Notes: generated from the letters alone by a model not told the origin. A stretch of 64,000 nucleotides of DNA from Eledone cirrhosa (GCA_964016885.1 OZ024749.1:26226001-26290000); one strand, 5' to 3'; counted from the stretch's first letter, positions 40,211 to 53,960 are shown. Numbers and translations are program-made.

Positions 40211-40762
40211 ATGTCCCCGCGCATATATATACACATGTAAAGAGGATATGTATATATGTATATACATATATACATATATGTACATATATACACATGTACA
40301 AACATACGTACATACAAGATTGTTATTGGATCTACGTCGTTTCCGACGATGAGTACTCCTTTTGCATGTTCATTTCAACAGCAGGCTGTTGTTCCGTTGT
40401 TGGCGCAACTGGAACACCCGTCGTCGCAACTGACTGGGGTCCATCCAAAAACTTGATACGACCCATACACATGCGCATTCATCCTCCGCGTTTTATACAC
40501 CTAACAAGGATACCTACGCCTGATCATTCGACCTGCTAGAGGTAGCAGCCAATTTCCCACTAAATCACACCCGCATGATTTTATAAATCTAAAGACATTT
40601 TGAAATATTTTTAAAAAAAACGTTGTAGGCATGGTTGGAACACCATTGAGAATAATTTTTCTTCAACCTTGTTTGCACTGGGGCTAAACTACTACCACCA
40701 CCACCACTACTACTAAGGCTACTAATACTACTAACCATAATATCTTTGTGAATATGAAAATG

Positions 40763-40814
<52 letters not shown>

Positions 40815-41093
40815 TGTGTGTGTGTGTGTGTGTGTGTGCCTGTGTGTGTGTGTGTCCGTGTCCGTCCGTACATTTCGACCTATCAAGATTCAAGCACGTC
40901 TCAAAGCTGACTTTATAAGTTAAATCTCAATGGAAATCCCGCAGTAATCTCCCTTTAATCCAGTATTATACCGTCACATTATGCTCTGCATTTTGTCTTG
41001 GACTTAATATAAAGTCTCTAATAAACACACATAGACACACACACACACATATATATATATATTTGTGTGTGCTTGTATTTATATATGTATATG

Positions 41094-41194
<101 letters not shown>

Positions 41195-41195
41195 G

Positions 41196-41242
<47 letters not shown>

Positions 41243-41243
41243 G

Positions 41244-41302
<59 letters not shown>

Positions 41303-41357
41303 GTATACACTCACATACACTCATATATTTATATATATACATACATAAATACATAAC

Positions 41358-41396
<39 letters not shown>

Positions 41397-41911
41397 TATG
41401 GTGGTGGTGGTGGTGTTTGTGGTGGTGGTGGTGGTGGTGATGATGATGATGGTGGTTGTGGTGGTCGTGGAGGTAGTGGTCGTGGTGGTGGTGGTTGTGG
41501 TGGTGTTGGTGGTGTTTGAGGTGGTGGTGGTGGTGGTGGTGATGATGGTAAATTTCTCCTCTGTCCATTACAATCACGTATTTTTCTTCACCCATGAGGG
41601 ATTGAAAAATCCAAAGTTGATCCTTTCATAATAAATTGTAAGAAACTGTTTGTTCGCCATATTAAAGGTCTTGGCAATCCCATGGCATTTGATATTTCGA
41701 GTGAAGATTTCTGATATCCGCTACATCTCCACATTTCGGTAGAAATGTAGTGAATTCTATTGACCCCAGTAGATGACTGATATAGTAGGTTACTTATTCG
41801 ACCATTGAAAAGACATATAATACATTGTTTTGCTGGGTTTTTATTTTTTATATTTTGCAAAACCGAAAGTGTGAAAGATATTGCAGAGATTTATATAGGC
41901 TTGTACATTGT

Positions 41912-42050
41912 GAAGGCGCGTGGCTTAGATTGGGCTTGCAATCGAAAGGTTGTGAATTCGATTCTCGAACCGGTTGATGTGTTGTGTCCTTGAGCAAGAC
42001 ATTTTATTTCACGTTGCTCCAGTTTACTCAGCTGTAGTAATGAGTTGCGA
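41912..42050 (+). mobile_element. tRNA-derived SINE fragment
   Basis: GGCGCGTGGCTTAG...GAATTCGATTC...GTTGTGTCCTTGAGCAAGAC; related to 53705-53960. Confidence 0.65.
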
Positions 42051-42389
42051 TCCTGCCAAATCAATGGGTGGTAGTAGTTCCAGCTACACACATCAAAAGA
42101 CTGGTGTAATGGTTCTGAGAACAATGCGGCTTTGCAGATGATCAATACAAATTGACAATGGAAAGGCGCTCCTGCTCGAGAAGCAGCGACCCCTGATTGT
42201 ATTCAGCAACCGAAACAAATATGAAGTACTCCAAATTCAATGCTCCTAGGCACAGCGCTGGTTCTTCTTATTTGTGAGTGTAAACTCGGGCAGATTAGAT
42301 TAGAGATGTAGAATGTATTTTATGTGCTCCCTTATGTAATGTAGCCTAAAATGTGTCTAATGTAGCCAGTGAATTACTGGGGCCTTATT

Positions 42390-42962
42390 TTATTGAGCCA
42401 GTAACGACGAAAGGCGAAGCAAGCTAACCTCGGTAGAATTTGAACCCAGAAAGTTAAAGGACCGTAACTCTTTACCGAGAAACATGGTATCTAACGCTCT
42501 ACCCATACTGCCAATCCACCACACAATAATAATAATAATTGTTTCTACGTTAGGCACAAGGCCAGCAATTAACCAGTGCATTACTGGTACTTTATTTTAT
42601 TGACCCCGTAAGGATGAAAGGCAAAGTAAACCTCGGCGGGATTTGAACTCAGAATGGCAAGGGCCGTAACTCTATACGTCAAAGCAAGGCGTCCGACCCT
42701 CTCCCAATACTGCCAATAATAATTTCTTTATTGATGACAAAGGGTTAGTAATAAGGGTTTTTTATATAGACACAAGACCAGCAATTTTTGGGGAGGGGAA
42801 AGTCGATTAAATCGGCACCAGTGTGTGACTGGTACTTTATTTTATCGATGAAGGTATAAGATGAAAGGCAAAGTTAACCTCGGCGGGATTTGAACTCAAA
42901 TCATAAAGGTCCGTAACTCTATGCAGCAAAGCATGGCGTCCGACCCTCTACCGATACTGCCA
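42390..42962 (-). mobile_element. Three tandem tRNA-derived SINE copies
   Basis: Reverse complements of the 19561 family at about 42390-42520, 42535-42715 and 42768-42962. Confidence 0.8.
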
Positions 42963-43142
42963 ACTACCGTTATTGGCCTCAAGGGGTTAGTGATAATAAC
43001 AATAATAATAATCTTTTAAATTTGTACAAAAGATGTTTTCCAATGTGGAACAATTGATACCTGTTTATCATGCATTGTCTCACTGCCATAAACCTGGCAG
43101 ATAATCTATTGAACTCCAGCTAACACTTTGGGAAGCTGCAGG

Positions 43143-43242
<100 letters not shown>

Positions 43243-43243
43243 A

Positions 43244-43274
<31 letters not shown>

Positions 43275-43309
43275 GTGTGTATGTATGTATGTATGTATAC
43301 ATACATATT

Positions 43310-43863
43310 GGTCGGGTCGTCGGCGACTAAACTGGCAACCCCACCAACGTTTCTTGGTGAGGAGGGTGACTTTGGACATCCTGCAGGACTAAAAACAAAA
43401 CCTGTCAAAGGGTAAAGGAGCTCTTAAGAGTCAATGGCAATCCAAAATCAACGGGAGAGATGACCCCTTAGCCTTTGTCAAGGCGGAATTCTAAGAGAAG
43501 GAAAACTCTGATATAACACCTGCAACCCTGATGGTATCCAATGATGTTGACTTGTTCTTCTTTTTGGTAAATATCATCTTGGTTAATAGAGTGGGACTGG
43601 CTTTGTGCAGTGCCTTTGCTCACTATAAAAGCTTCACGGCACAGGCATTGCTTTATATCTGGAGATCACTCTGCACTTGTCGTCACATGGTACCATTGGC
43701 CCTGCACTATGTGTCAATAATTGTCACAAGTGTAGTGTTTGTACCAGAGTTTTCAAGACGCTGGCTGGACTAAAAAGTCACACTCGTTCAGCGCATCGGT
43801 AGGGGTTCTCCTACATGGATATAAAGTAGTGGCCGTACTCGAAAACGAGTTGGCAGCCACCAT
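43310..43863 (+). mobile_element. Bipartite non-autonomous RTE-like element (5' UTR-like part joined to LINE 3' end)
   Basis: The 5' part contains CTAAGAGAAGGAAAACTCTGA, recalled from RTE 5' UTRs and not verified. The 3' part encodes [23 protein letters not shown] (C2H2) and ends at CATA repeats. Confidence 0.65.
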
Positions 43864-43903
43864 ACATGCATATATATATATAAACATACCCACGCACACA
43901 CAC

Positions 43904-43941
<38 letters not shown>

Positions 43942-44015
43942 CTGTGTGTGTAATGGTAGTGTATGTCTATGTATACTTATATATATACATACACGCACAA
44001 ACACATACATATCTA

Positions 44016-44073
<58 letters not shown>

Positions 44074-44081
44074 TACATATC

Positions 44082-44113
<32 letters not shown>

Positions 44114-44158
44114 TATACATATATATATATACATATATATATATATACATATATATAC

Positions 44159-44190
<32 letters not shown>

Positions 44191-44198
44191 TTACATAC

Positions 44199-44353
<155 letters not shown>

Positions 44354-44558
44354 CACATGTCCGTGTGTGTAATTGTTGTGTATATCTATGTATACATATA
44401 TATATACATACATACACACACACATACACACACACGCAAACATATATATACATATATATATACAAAAAACGGAATTAAGAGTATTCCGCAGTTCACAGTA
44501 ATAATAATAATATTAGCTCAAAGAAGAATAGAGAATTTTCTTCTGAGCTCAAATGCAA

Positions 44559-44986
44559 ATATATTACACAAAGAGAAGCGTGTTACACAGTGAGATGTGT
44601 GTAAAGAATTATTACAAGTGAGTTTTAACGTTACTGTATAGAGAACAATATCTACAGGTTTAGCAATTAAATAGAAAATAGCTTTCTCTCTATCCATGAG
44701 GTTAGATGTGTCGTGAACAGAAACCACATTTGCTGACTGAGGTTTCTGTTGCCTGTTATACTGCACATGTTGGTAGTGAAACGAAGCGAGATTCGTATCA
44801 GCAAACATAGTTATAAGGTTGGTAATTTAAAACTCTAATTCAGTGATTTGATTCTGACTTAGTTTTTTTTCTATTTAATTGCTAAACCTGTACATATTGT
44901 TCTCCATACAGTAACGGTAAAACTCACTTGTAATAATTCTTTACACACATCTCACTGTGTAACATGCTTCTCTTTGTGTAATATAT
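44559..44986. repeat. Inverted repeat with about 120-bp arms and a hammerhead-like motif in the loop
   Basis: 44559-44678 is complementary to 44867-44986. Confidence 0.9.
44729..44805 (+). ncRNA. Type I hammerhead with damaged core
   Basis: 8-bp stem I UUUGCUGA/UCAGCAAA and GAA-ACGAA(gcgaga)UUCGU-A stem III. The 5' core reads CUGAGGU instead of CUGANGA. Confidence 0.55.
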
Positions 44987-44999
44987 ATATATATATATG

Positions 45000-45135
45000 A
45001 TTATTTCTGAAGACGGCATATATATGAGTTGGTATGTATATTTAATTTTGATAGTTTGTATAATTTTGTATAATTTTGTTAAATATACATGCCAATTCTA
45101 ACACATATATATCCCAGAAACGATCGTTAAATAAT
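45000..45135 (+). ncRNA. Type I hammerhead with a long (about 100-nt) stem II
   Basis: AUUAUUU-CUGAAGA-[long hairpin with AGUUGGUAUGUAUAUUUAA/UUAAAUAUACAUGCCAAUU]-GAAACGAUCGUU-AAAUAAU. Confidence 0.7.
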
Positions 45136-45192
45136 GAACTTTTTTTGTTTAATATAAGGAACTGTTTCATTGTTTTATTCATTATTTTTTTA

Positions 45193-45251
<59 letters not shown>

Positions 45252-45427
45252 AGATTCAGGACCCCGACGGCAGAGCTCCGACCGTTTCGACAGCTGGACC
45301 CGAAAATAAGATTACCCAAGAACCCTGTAGATGCTGTGACTAATCTCATCGATATCGAAAATACCCCCCCCCCTCTCTCTCTCTCTCTATCTCTATCTAT
45401 CTATCTATCGATCTATCTATCTATCTA

Positions 45428-47240
45428 TACCTCTCGGAGCCGTTCTGAATCGCGCGGTCCATCCGACGGGGGTGCCCTCACTCCTCCCTTCTGTATGTAG
45501 TGACTCTAGAGCCACTGCTGCGGAAGTTGGAGTTGTTGCAGGGCATCCCGTTGGAACCGGGATTGCGGAAAGCGGTGTCAGCCTACGCCGATGACGTAAC
45601 AGTAATGGTGTCGACGGCCTCGAAAATCGGGGCGATCGGCACCTTACTGGATGAGTACGAAAGGCTTACAGGGGCTAAGCTGAACTGGGACAAGTCTATC
45701 GGTCTGCAACTCGACACGTGGAGGGGCAGATCGATGCCCTCCGATGGCGTCGTCGGGCGCTGGACGGAGGGCCCGGTGAAGTTGCTCGGGGTCTGGTTCG
45801 GACCAGACCTCCAGGTGGAGAAGAACTGGGGTGAGGTAACGAACAGGGTGTTTGTACTGACCCAGAAGTGGGCCGAGTGCAACTGTCCCTGAAAGGTCGG
45901 GCGGAGGTGGCGAACACTTATATAGCGTCCGTCATCTACTACCGCCTGACCGTTGTGCCTTGCCCAAGGGAAACGCTCGCCAAAATGGAGCGCGCACTCT
46001 TCCAATTCCTTTGGAAGAAGCGGGCTCCTATGGTGAGGAGATACATCTGCTGTCAACACCCTTCGAAAGGAGGGCTGGAGATGCCGTGGCTAATGATACG
46101 TAAACACGCATTAAGGCTACGGCACCTTCAGGTATTCCTCTCCGGTCAACCGGTGTGGGCCCCGTTTGTGAGGCGAGCCTTTCCCAGACTCGTCTCACTC
46201 ACCGAGCTGCAATCCTGGGTCAAGCAAAGACCGAGAAAACTGGGCGCCTGGCACACCGAGTGTGCCCAGGCGCTCACGGCTCTCTGGCAGGCGGACCCGG
46301 CTGTCAGTGGAGAATCCACCTCGTCATTCTATAGAGGGCTGGTGGTTAGTAGGTGCGACGACGCCCTCGGAGAAGCCCTAGGCATGGAGGAAGACGAACT
46401 GGCCAACCTGTTCGGTAGGACATTCAGCCCGGGACCCATGGATAACTTCCAGAGGTCCCTGGCCTGGCAATGCTACAGAAGGGCTCTGCCCGTTCGAGAA
46501 AGGCTCTACAGACACGGCGCCCGGGTAGGGACCCCTCGAAAAAAGATCTGTCCCAGATGCGTGTGCGACGAGGAAACCGTTGCACACGCATTGGTACACT
46601 GCTCGGGCATTGCCGATCTGTGGAGCTATGTCGAACAACTGCTGTCAAGGGTGGGACCGATCCGGTTGACCACCGAGTCTATTGTAACGATTAAGCCACC
46701 TCCCCTCTTCAAAAACGAAGAAGAGGCGGTGTTTCTGAGCGTAATAGCCATGGCGAAAGAGGTTGTATGGTGGACGCGTCTGAAAGGACTGAGGTCAGAC
46801 ACCTTTCTCTCTGGCCAACAACTGGTCCGTTTCTTCCGATATCATTTCGGAAGAAGGATCAGGATGGAGAGAGAGGTGCTGCACCCCAGCCGTTTTTATG
46901 AAAGATGGGTGAAAGTGGCGAGAATGGCCCGTGTGAATGGGCCTTCACTCTACATCAGACTATAGGTGAGGAAGATGAAAGACCAAGGGAGCACCCCTTC
47001 TCTGTGCTCCTGAGGAAAAGGGTTGCACACTTTTTTTCGGGGGTGTGTGCGACCCCCCACCCCCCCCCCCAAGGCGCCTCCTCTCTATTGATGACTTTGT
47101 TATAAATTTCATTTTTTGTTATATTTTATTTTATTTTTATATATTGTTATTGCCTCCTCCTTATTGAGGACGCCTTGTTTTGTAAACTCCCCCCATTGTA
47201 CTTGTCCCACTTTTGATGCCCTGGTGGCAAACAAAAGAAA
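45428..47240 (+). mobile_element. 5'-truncated Tx1 copy, subfamily B, with some frameshifts
   Basis: Begins mid-RT directly after (TATC)n. Contains YADD and an ORF ending YIRL; 3' UTR matches 3989-4260. Confidence 0.93.
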
Positions 47241-47548
47241 CATATCTATATTTCTCTGTATGTCTATCTATCGATCTATCTATCTCTCTATATTTATTAT
47301 CTATCTCTTTCTCTCTGTCTCTATCTACCTATCTATCTATCTATCTTGATAGAGTAAGACACGCTTCACATCGGCTCCGCTATTCCATCGGGATTTACCC
47401 TTACTATTGTAAGTACCGGATAAATTTTTCAGTGCAACACATTTGGAACACTAACCCCTGTTTTTTAGGGAAACATTTTTGCATTTACCCCCTTTTTAGG
47501 GGGTAAAATAAATATCTATTTTTGCCGAAAAATTTCTTTCTTGGCAGC

Positions 47549-49398
47549 ATGGCGGAAAAGATGGCAGACATGTCTGCCATTAGCTCTGCCACGCCCCCCA
47601 AGTCTGAAGAACAAAAAATAATTACAACAAAATTAGACAATGAAACAAACAAAGAAAATGAAAAAACAAATGTTAAGGAAAATGAGCAAACAGAAAACAA
47701 ACAAACAGAAAATAATACAAATAACAACAGGGCAACTTTCGCCCAGAAAACAAAACAATCCATTACATACACACCAATTGACCTAACTGCCGCCAGAGAA
47801 AAACTGGCCGAAGCAAAGAAACACATTGTTTTGGGGGAGAACGGAATGTTTTCCATTAACTCCCCCCCACCCCACCCCAGAATTCAAGAAAGCCAGAACA
47901 GAAAGCACAGTTCTCTACAGAACTATACTGAACCAGACAAGAAAGCCAGCACAGCCCAGCCAAATGGAAATAGAGTTAGTCCTAAAAGACTATATGAAGA
48001 ATATTCTCTTCATACGAAAGGACCGACTCTATGGCAGCATTTCGGTCCTAACAAGAGACAAGGAAACGGCGGAGAAGCTTTCCCTAAGCCCACTCTCATC
48101 GACAACATATAGCTTCTATCCCTCCTACATGGGTAGAAGAACACAGAGAGTAAAAGTAAAAACAATGCTGCCCACAATGGACTTCTGGTGGGCTATTGCT
48201 GGCTTCATAGATATGGGCGAAGACACAATGCTGTCAATGGGGAAGGCAACTGGAGATGCGTTCCTGGGAATGGGCCTCGACATACTAGTCCAAATGAGGC
48301 CCGAAAGAATAGCACAAATCCCGGATCGCATCTGGCTGGATGACCTTACCCCAATAGACATAATTGTAGAGGGGAGAAGACCAGCATGCTATTTATGCAT
48401 GGAAAGGGGACACGTTAAGGCTAACTGCCCGAAACGTATCCCCCAAAAAGGACTATTGCCCACACCCACCACAAACAGTACACCAACACCACCCACCTCC
48501 AAAAATACACTAATACCACACACAGCAAACAAAATACAGACACCACCAACCACAAACACAACACAAACATCACCACCACCAGCACCAAACACAAGCACGA
48601 CACAAAAATCACCACCACCAACCACAACACAAACATCACCACCACCATCACCAACCACAAGCACGACACAAACATTACCACCACCACCACAAAACCCATT
48701 CCAAACAAATAATAAAAAAAACAGTAACAAATCTACCCCTCCCGCAAAAAAAAAACAACCACACAACACGTCCCTCCCACCTAGCGCTGAAGAGTTTCCC
48801 CCAACTTCTGAAGAAGAAGAAGGAGAAGCCTTCAGACAAGTTAAAAGAAAAAAAAGAAAACACACACCCAGCACACCACAAATAACCCACACACAAACAC
48901 CAACTCCAATCAAAAACACCCCACCCTCAACAAACAAAAATAAATCTGCGCCTCCCCTCTCCGAAACATTGATAGCATCACAAAAAAAGACGTTGCAATA
49001 CACATATATAAATAAAGAAAACAAAAAACTGGTTAAATTAATAAACAATAACCCTATGGTGCAGACCGAAGGGCCAAACTTTATCTCAACAGAGAACTTC
49101 ACCCATTTAAAAATGATAAAGGTCCCTCTGGACCTTTATCGTTCCTTAAAAGAACAATTTAGACGGGACGTGAGCCCCCCCCCCCCCCTGTTTAAAACCG
49201 TTGAATCGCGTCCTCTTGAAAGATTTCCCCATAACCGCCCCTCTCCCTGACACAACTCCAAATACCCCAACCCCACCACACACGTGTACCCCCACACCAC
49301 CACAAAACATCCCTCCACCCAACACACCTGATGCCATGGAAATTACGCAACCCGGAGAGGTAGGTGCTTTTCTTTCTTCACTTTCAACACCAAAATAG
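47549..49398 (+). pseudogene. Tx1 ORF1 split by frameshifts at poly-C runs
   Basis: CYLCMERGHVKANC knuckle, plus IRKDRLYGS and FYPSYMG shared with subfamily A ORF1. Breaks near 47870 and 49180. Confidence 0.85.
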
Positions 49399-52300
49399 AT
49401 CAATTGAGAGTTGGCTGTTTGAACGCGCGTGGCCTGGGCTCAGCTTGGAAGCAAGCAAAGCTTCTAAGTGACCTCAGGTCACAAAGTATAGATGTGATGG
49501 TTGTTTGCGAGAGTCGGATCAGCAGCGTGAGACAGCTGGCGCCCGCCTTCGATGACTTTGGGATGCACGCATCTCTCTGTCAACCCGGAGGCGGGGGGGG
49601 GGAGTTGCCGTACTGCTGGATAAACGTCTGACTCTCGACGTACAGATTGTTCACTCGGACCCGGGGGGTCGATTACTGGTGCTGGACGTCGGAGGCGGTG
49701 AAGGCGGGGCTTTCAGACTGGTCGGTCTTTATGCTCCCTTCGGGGCGGAAAGAGCCGACTTCTTCCAGCGTCTGGAGACTTTTCTAGGAACGTCGCGTTC
49801 CCTGCTTTTAGTGGGGGACTGGAATGGAATCCTAGATGCGCGTTGGGACTATGCAGGGGCATGTCCCGATAGAGGGGGGTGTAGCAGCCTCAAGGGGTTA
49901 CTCGATCGATTCGACCTGGTCGATAGATTTCGACTAGATTGTCCAACTGCGCCAACCTGGACTTGGGCAAACCGCAGTGGACAATCTAGATCGTACCTAG
50001 ATAGGTTTTTGGTTAGGAGTAAGGATAGGGACGTATTTAGTTGTCCAGAACTGATCATGGTTGGCTATTCAGATCACAAATTAGTGACCTGCGTGGTCAA
50101 CCTTGATAGAACGCATAGACAGGGTCCCGGTTACTGGAAGATGAACTTGTCCTTACCGACAAAGAAAGATTACAGAAACCGGATTAGTAGCTTAGTTAAG
50201 ATGCGGTTGACGGGAGCGATCGTCAACAGCAGGTGGTGGGTATCTCTAAAGAGAGAGATTAGAGTAAGTTCGATAGGTTACAGTAAGGAACTAGCGGCGA
50301 ATAGAAATAGGAAGGAAAGGGAGTTAACAGATAAACTAGAAGAGGCGATTAGGAGCGGAGATGTGGCCAGAGTGTTAGCGGCGAGAACGGCGTTGAGCCA
50401 GTTCTTTGACGCGAAGCACGAAGGCTGCGTTGTCCGAAGTAAAATAGGTGCTTTAGGAAACGAGGGGACCAAAGCTGGGCCCGCGTGACAGAAGTCAAGA
50501 GTGGGATTAAATCCACCATTCGGTCTTTGCGAGACCAGGATGGACGGGTAATCCTTGAACCTGAGCGAATGTGCGAGGCCTTTCAAAGGCACTTTGCTCG
50601 ACTGTTCGGAGGTGGCGGGGGCCGGACGGGGATGTGGACTTCGGTCCATACCTCGACGGTCTACCGCGTCTTTCGAGCGGCGAAGCGGAGTGCTGCGAAA
50701 GGCCAATCACAGCCACTGAAATTGGGGAAGCGCTCAGCCAATGCAGCAGACGCAAATCCCCGGGTCTCGATGGTCTACCATACGAACTTTATTTAGCTAT
50801 GCCGGTCTTGTTCTCCGAACTCCTCGAGGCTGTCTATTGCAACTGGCAACAGAACGGGAGAATTCCCTGTTCTGTGACCAAGGGCGTGGTCACGCTAGTG
50901 AGGAAGGACGAGAGCAAGGGGGACGACTTAAGTAACTTTAGGCCCATAACTCTGCTGAATGCAGAGTTACAGATTTTGGCCAAAGTGTTGGCGAAGAGGT
51001 TGGCGCTTGTGGTGGGTGGTTTGGTGGGAGACGCGCAGACATGCGCTATCCCGTCCAGGTCCATTCACGACAACCTCCACCTCATGCGATACATCATAGA
51101 GAGGGTTGGCTACGAACCCGGCTTTGGTGGGGCCCTGATCAACTTGGATCAATCTAAGGCGTTCGATAGGGTCGACCATGGTTACCTGGATGCGGTGCTA
51201 GCGGCGGCGGGCTTCGGACCCGTTTTCAGTGGCTGGATTTCTGCCATGCACAGTGGCAATATCTACTCTAGGATTAAAGTAAACGGCTACCTCTCGGAGC
51301 CGTTTCAAATCACCCGATCCATCAGACAGGGGTGCCCCCTCTCCTCCCTTCTGTACGTATTGACTCTCGAGCCACTGCTGCGGAAGTTGGAGTTGCTGCG
51401 GGGCATACCCCTGGAACCGGGATTGCACAAAGCGGTCTCGGCCTATGCCGACGACGTAACAGTAATGGTGGCGGACGCCTCGGAAATCGGAGCGATCGCC
51501 ACCCTACTGGAGGAATACGAAAGGCTGACGGGGGCTAAGCTGAACCAGGACAAGTCAGTCGGTTTGCAACTCGGAACGTGGAGGGGCAAACCGATGCCGT
51601 TAGACGGTGTCGTCGGGCGGTGGACGGAGGGCTCGGTGAAGCTGCTCGGGGTCTGGTTCGGTCCGGACCTCCAGGTGGAGAAGAATTGGGGCGAGGTGAC
51701 GAGCAGGGTGTTTGCGCTGACCCAGAAGTGGGCCAAGTGCAAACTATCACTGAAAGGTCGGGCGGAGGTGACGAACGCTTACATAGCGTCCGTCATCTAC
51801 TACCGCCTGACCGTCGTGCCTTGCCCCAAGGAAAAGCTCACCATCATGGAACGCATGTTCTTCCAGTTCCTCTGGAAGAAGCGACCTCCCATGGTGAGGA
51901 GATCCATCTGCTGCCAGCACCCTTCGAATGGAGGGCTGGGTATGCCGTGGCTGTTGATGCGTAGGCACGCATTGAGGCTACGGCATCTACAGGTATTCCT
52001 TAACGGTCAGCCGGTGTGGGCCCCGTTTGTGAGGCGAGCCTTCCCACAGCTCGTCTCGCTCACCGAACTGCAATCCTTGTTGAAGCAAAGACCGAGAAAA
52101 CTGGGCAACTGGCACACCGAGTGTGCCCAGGCGCTCACGGCTATCTGGCAAGCGGACCCGACTGTCAGTGGAGAATCCACCTCGACATTCTATAGAGGGT
52201 TGGTGGCTAGCAGGGGCGACGACACCCTTGGAGAGTCGCTAGGCATGGAGGAGGACGAACTGGCCAGCCTGTTCGGTAGAACTTTCGGCCCGGGACCCTT

Positions 52301-52825
52301 GGACAACTTCCAGAGGTCCCTAGCCTGGCAGTGTTACCGGGGGGCTCTGCCCGTTCGAGAAAAGCTCTACAGACACGGGCGCCCGGGCAGGGATCCCGCG
52401 AAAAAGATCTGTCCCAGATGCGTGCGCGACGAGGAAACCGTTGCGCATGCACTGGTACACTGCCCGGGCGTTGCCGATCTGTGGGCTACGTCGAACGACT
52501 GCTGTCGCGTGTGGCGCCGATTCGATTAACCGCCGAGTCTGTGGTGAACATCAAGCCGCCTCCTCCCTTCAGAAATGAAGCAGAGGCGGTCTTTCTGTGC
52601 GTAATAGCCATGATGAAAGAGGTTGTGTGGTGGACGCGCCTGAAAGGTCTGAGGTCGGGTGACTTTCTCTCCGGCCATCACCTGGTTTACTTCTTCCGAT
52701 ACCACTTCGGAAGAAGGATCAGGATGGAGAGAGAAGTGCTTGGTCCCAGACAGTTTTATGAAAGGTGGGTGAAAGAAGCGAGAATGGCCCGTGTAAATGG
52801 GCCTTCTCTCTACATTGTTCTGTAG
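49395..52825 (+). pseudogene. Tx1 ORF2 (EN-RT) with several frameshifts
   Basis: Pieces 49404-49631, 49679-50488, 50485-50620, 50571-52529 and 52331-52825 reconstruct ORF2. ATA sits where subfamily A has ATG. Confidence 0.9.
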
Positions 52826-53467
52826 GTGAAGAAGTGAAGAGGAAAGGGGGAGCGCCTCCTCTCTGGGCTTCCCCCGCGAAAAGAGTTGCACACTTTTCGG
52901 GGGTATGTGCAATCCCCAACACGCCCCCTCCCTTTTGAGGACTTTTTATTGTTATATTATTATTGTTATTCCTTTTTTCTTTACTCGATTTATGTAAACT
53001 CCCCCACTGTGTAAATGTCCCCTTCTTTTGTGCCCTCGTGGCAAATAAATAGAAATTTACCTATCTATCTCCTACTCTCTCTCTCTCCCTCTCTCTCTCT
53101 TGCTCTCCCTCTCTATTTATCTATCTGTCGAAATATCTGAAAGTTATATCAGTTTTGTTTTTCATCGATAAAGGTTTTGAGACTCTGCTGTAGTTGTTTG
53201 CAAGAGGCTGAAAGGAAGTTTAAACAAAGTACAACAACAACAGCAGCAGCAGCAACAACAACAACAGCAATAACAACAACAACAACAACAACAGCAGCAA
53301 CTGCAGCAGCAACAGCAACAACAGCAGCAACTGCAGCAGCAAGTCCTGTGAGAATGGCGAATGTGCTTGTGACGGTATGGAAGTGTGACATGCCATGAGT
53401 GAAGAGGGTTATCAGAATAAGTAAATAAATGATATATATATAATACATATATAGATGATATATGTAT

Positions 53468-53506
<39 letters not shown>

Positions 53507-53704
53507 GGGGTAGATGTAGAGAGAGGGGAGAGAGAGAGAGTGGGAGAGAAAGAGAGAGAGAGAGAGAGAGAGGGGGTAGAGGTAGAGAGAGAGGAGAGAG
53601 AGAGTGGGAGAGAAAGAGAGTGGGATAGAGAGAGATAGAGATAGATAGATAGAGAGAGAGAGATGTATATGTCTGTATATAGGTACGTATCTAAAGTCTA
53701 AAGT

Positions 53705-53955
53705 CTGTCTTAAGCCAGAAGGCTCATTTGACCGGTGCTTATCCCGGTTTCATGGCGTGAAACGTCTGAGAGTACAAGACTTCCCCCTGGATAGGACGCC
53801 AGTCCATCGCAGGGTTAAACCCCCAGCTATTGTTGGCATCCATTTTCAGCTGAGAATACTAGAGCAACGTGGAATGAAGTGTTTTGCTCAAGAACACAAC
53901 ACGCAACCCAAGAATCGAACCCACGACATTATGATCGTAAGTCGAACACCCTTAC

Positions 53956-53960
<5 letters not shown>
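53705..53960 (-). mobile_element. tRNA-derived SINE
   Basis: Minus strand has TAGTGGTAAGG...GGGTTCGATTC, then GTTGTGTTCTTGAGCAAAAC and CCTGCGATGGACTGGCGTCC. Confidence 0.75.

Larger units (their letters stand above)
47348..53054 (+). mobile_element. Full-length Tx1 copy, subfamily C, frameshifted
   Basis: 5' UTR, ORF1 and ORF2 homologous to 5431-11220, with AATAAA near 53044 and TATC-rich flanks. Confidence 0.93.

Noticed and set aside
41588-43135. Possible minus-strand host exons (41591-41760 and 43084-43135)
   Set aside because: Splice signals are weak or phase-inconsistent and the peptides are not recognisable.
43310-43340. HDV-like ribozyme at the RTE-like 5' end (GGGTCGTCGGCGACTAAACTGG)
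   Set aside because: Only a possible P4-J4/2 half is visible; P1-P3 cannot be built from the upstream microsatellite.
45258-45355. Hammerhead on the minus strand (CGATGAGA...TCGAAACGGTC)
   Set aside because: The core lacks C3-U4 and stem I does not pair; at best a relic.
53177-53398. Poly-Thr/Ala or poly-Gln exon
   Set aside because: (CAA/CAG)n microsatellite with no supporting splice structure.
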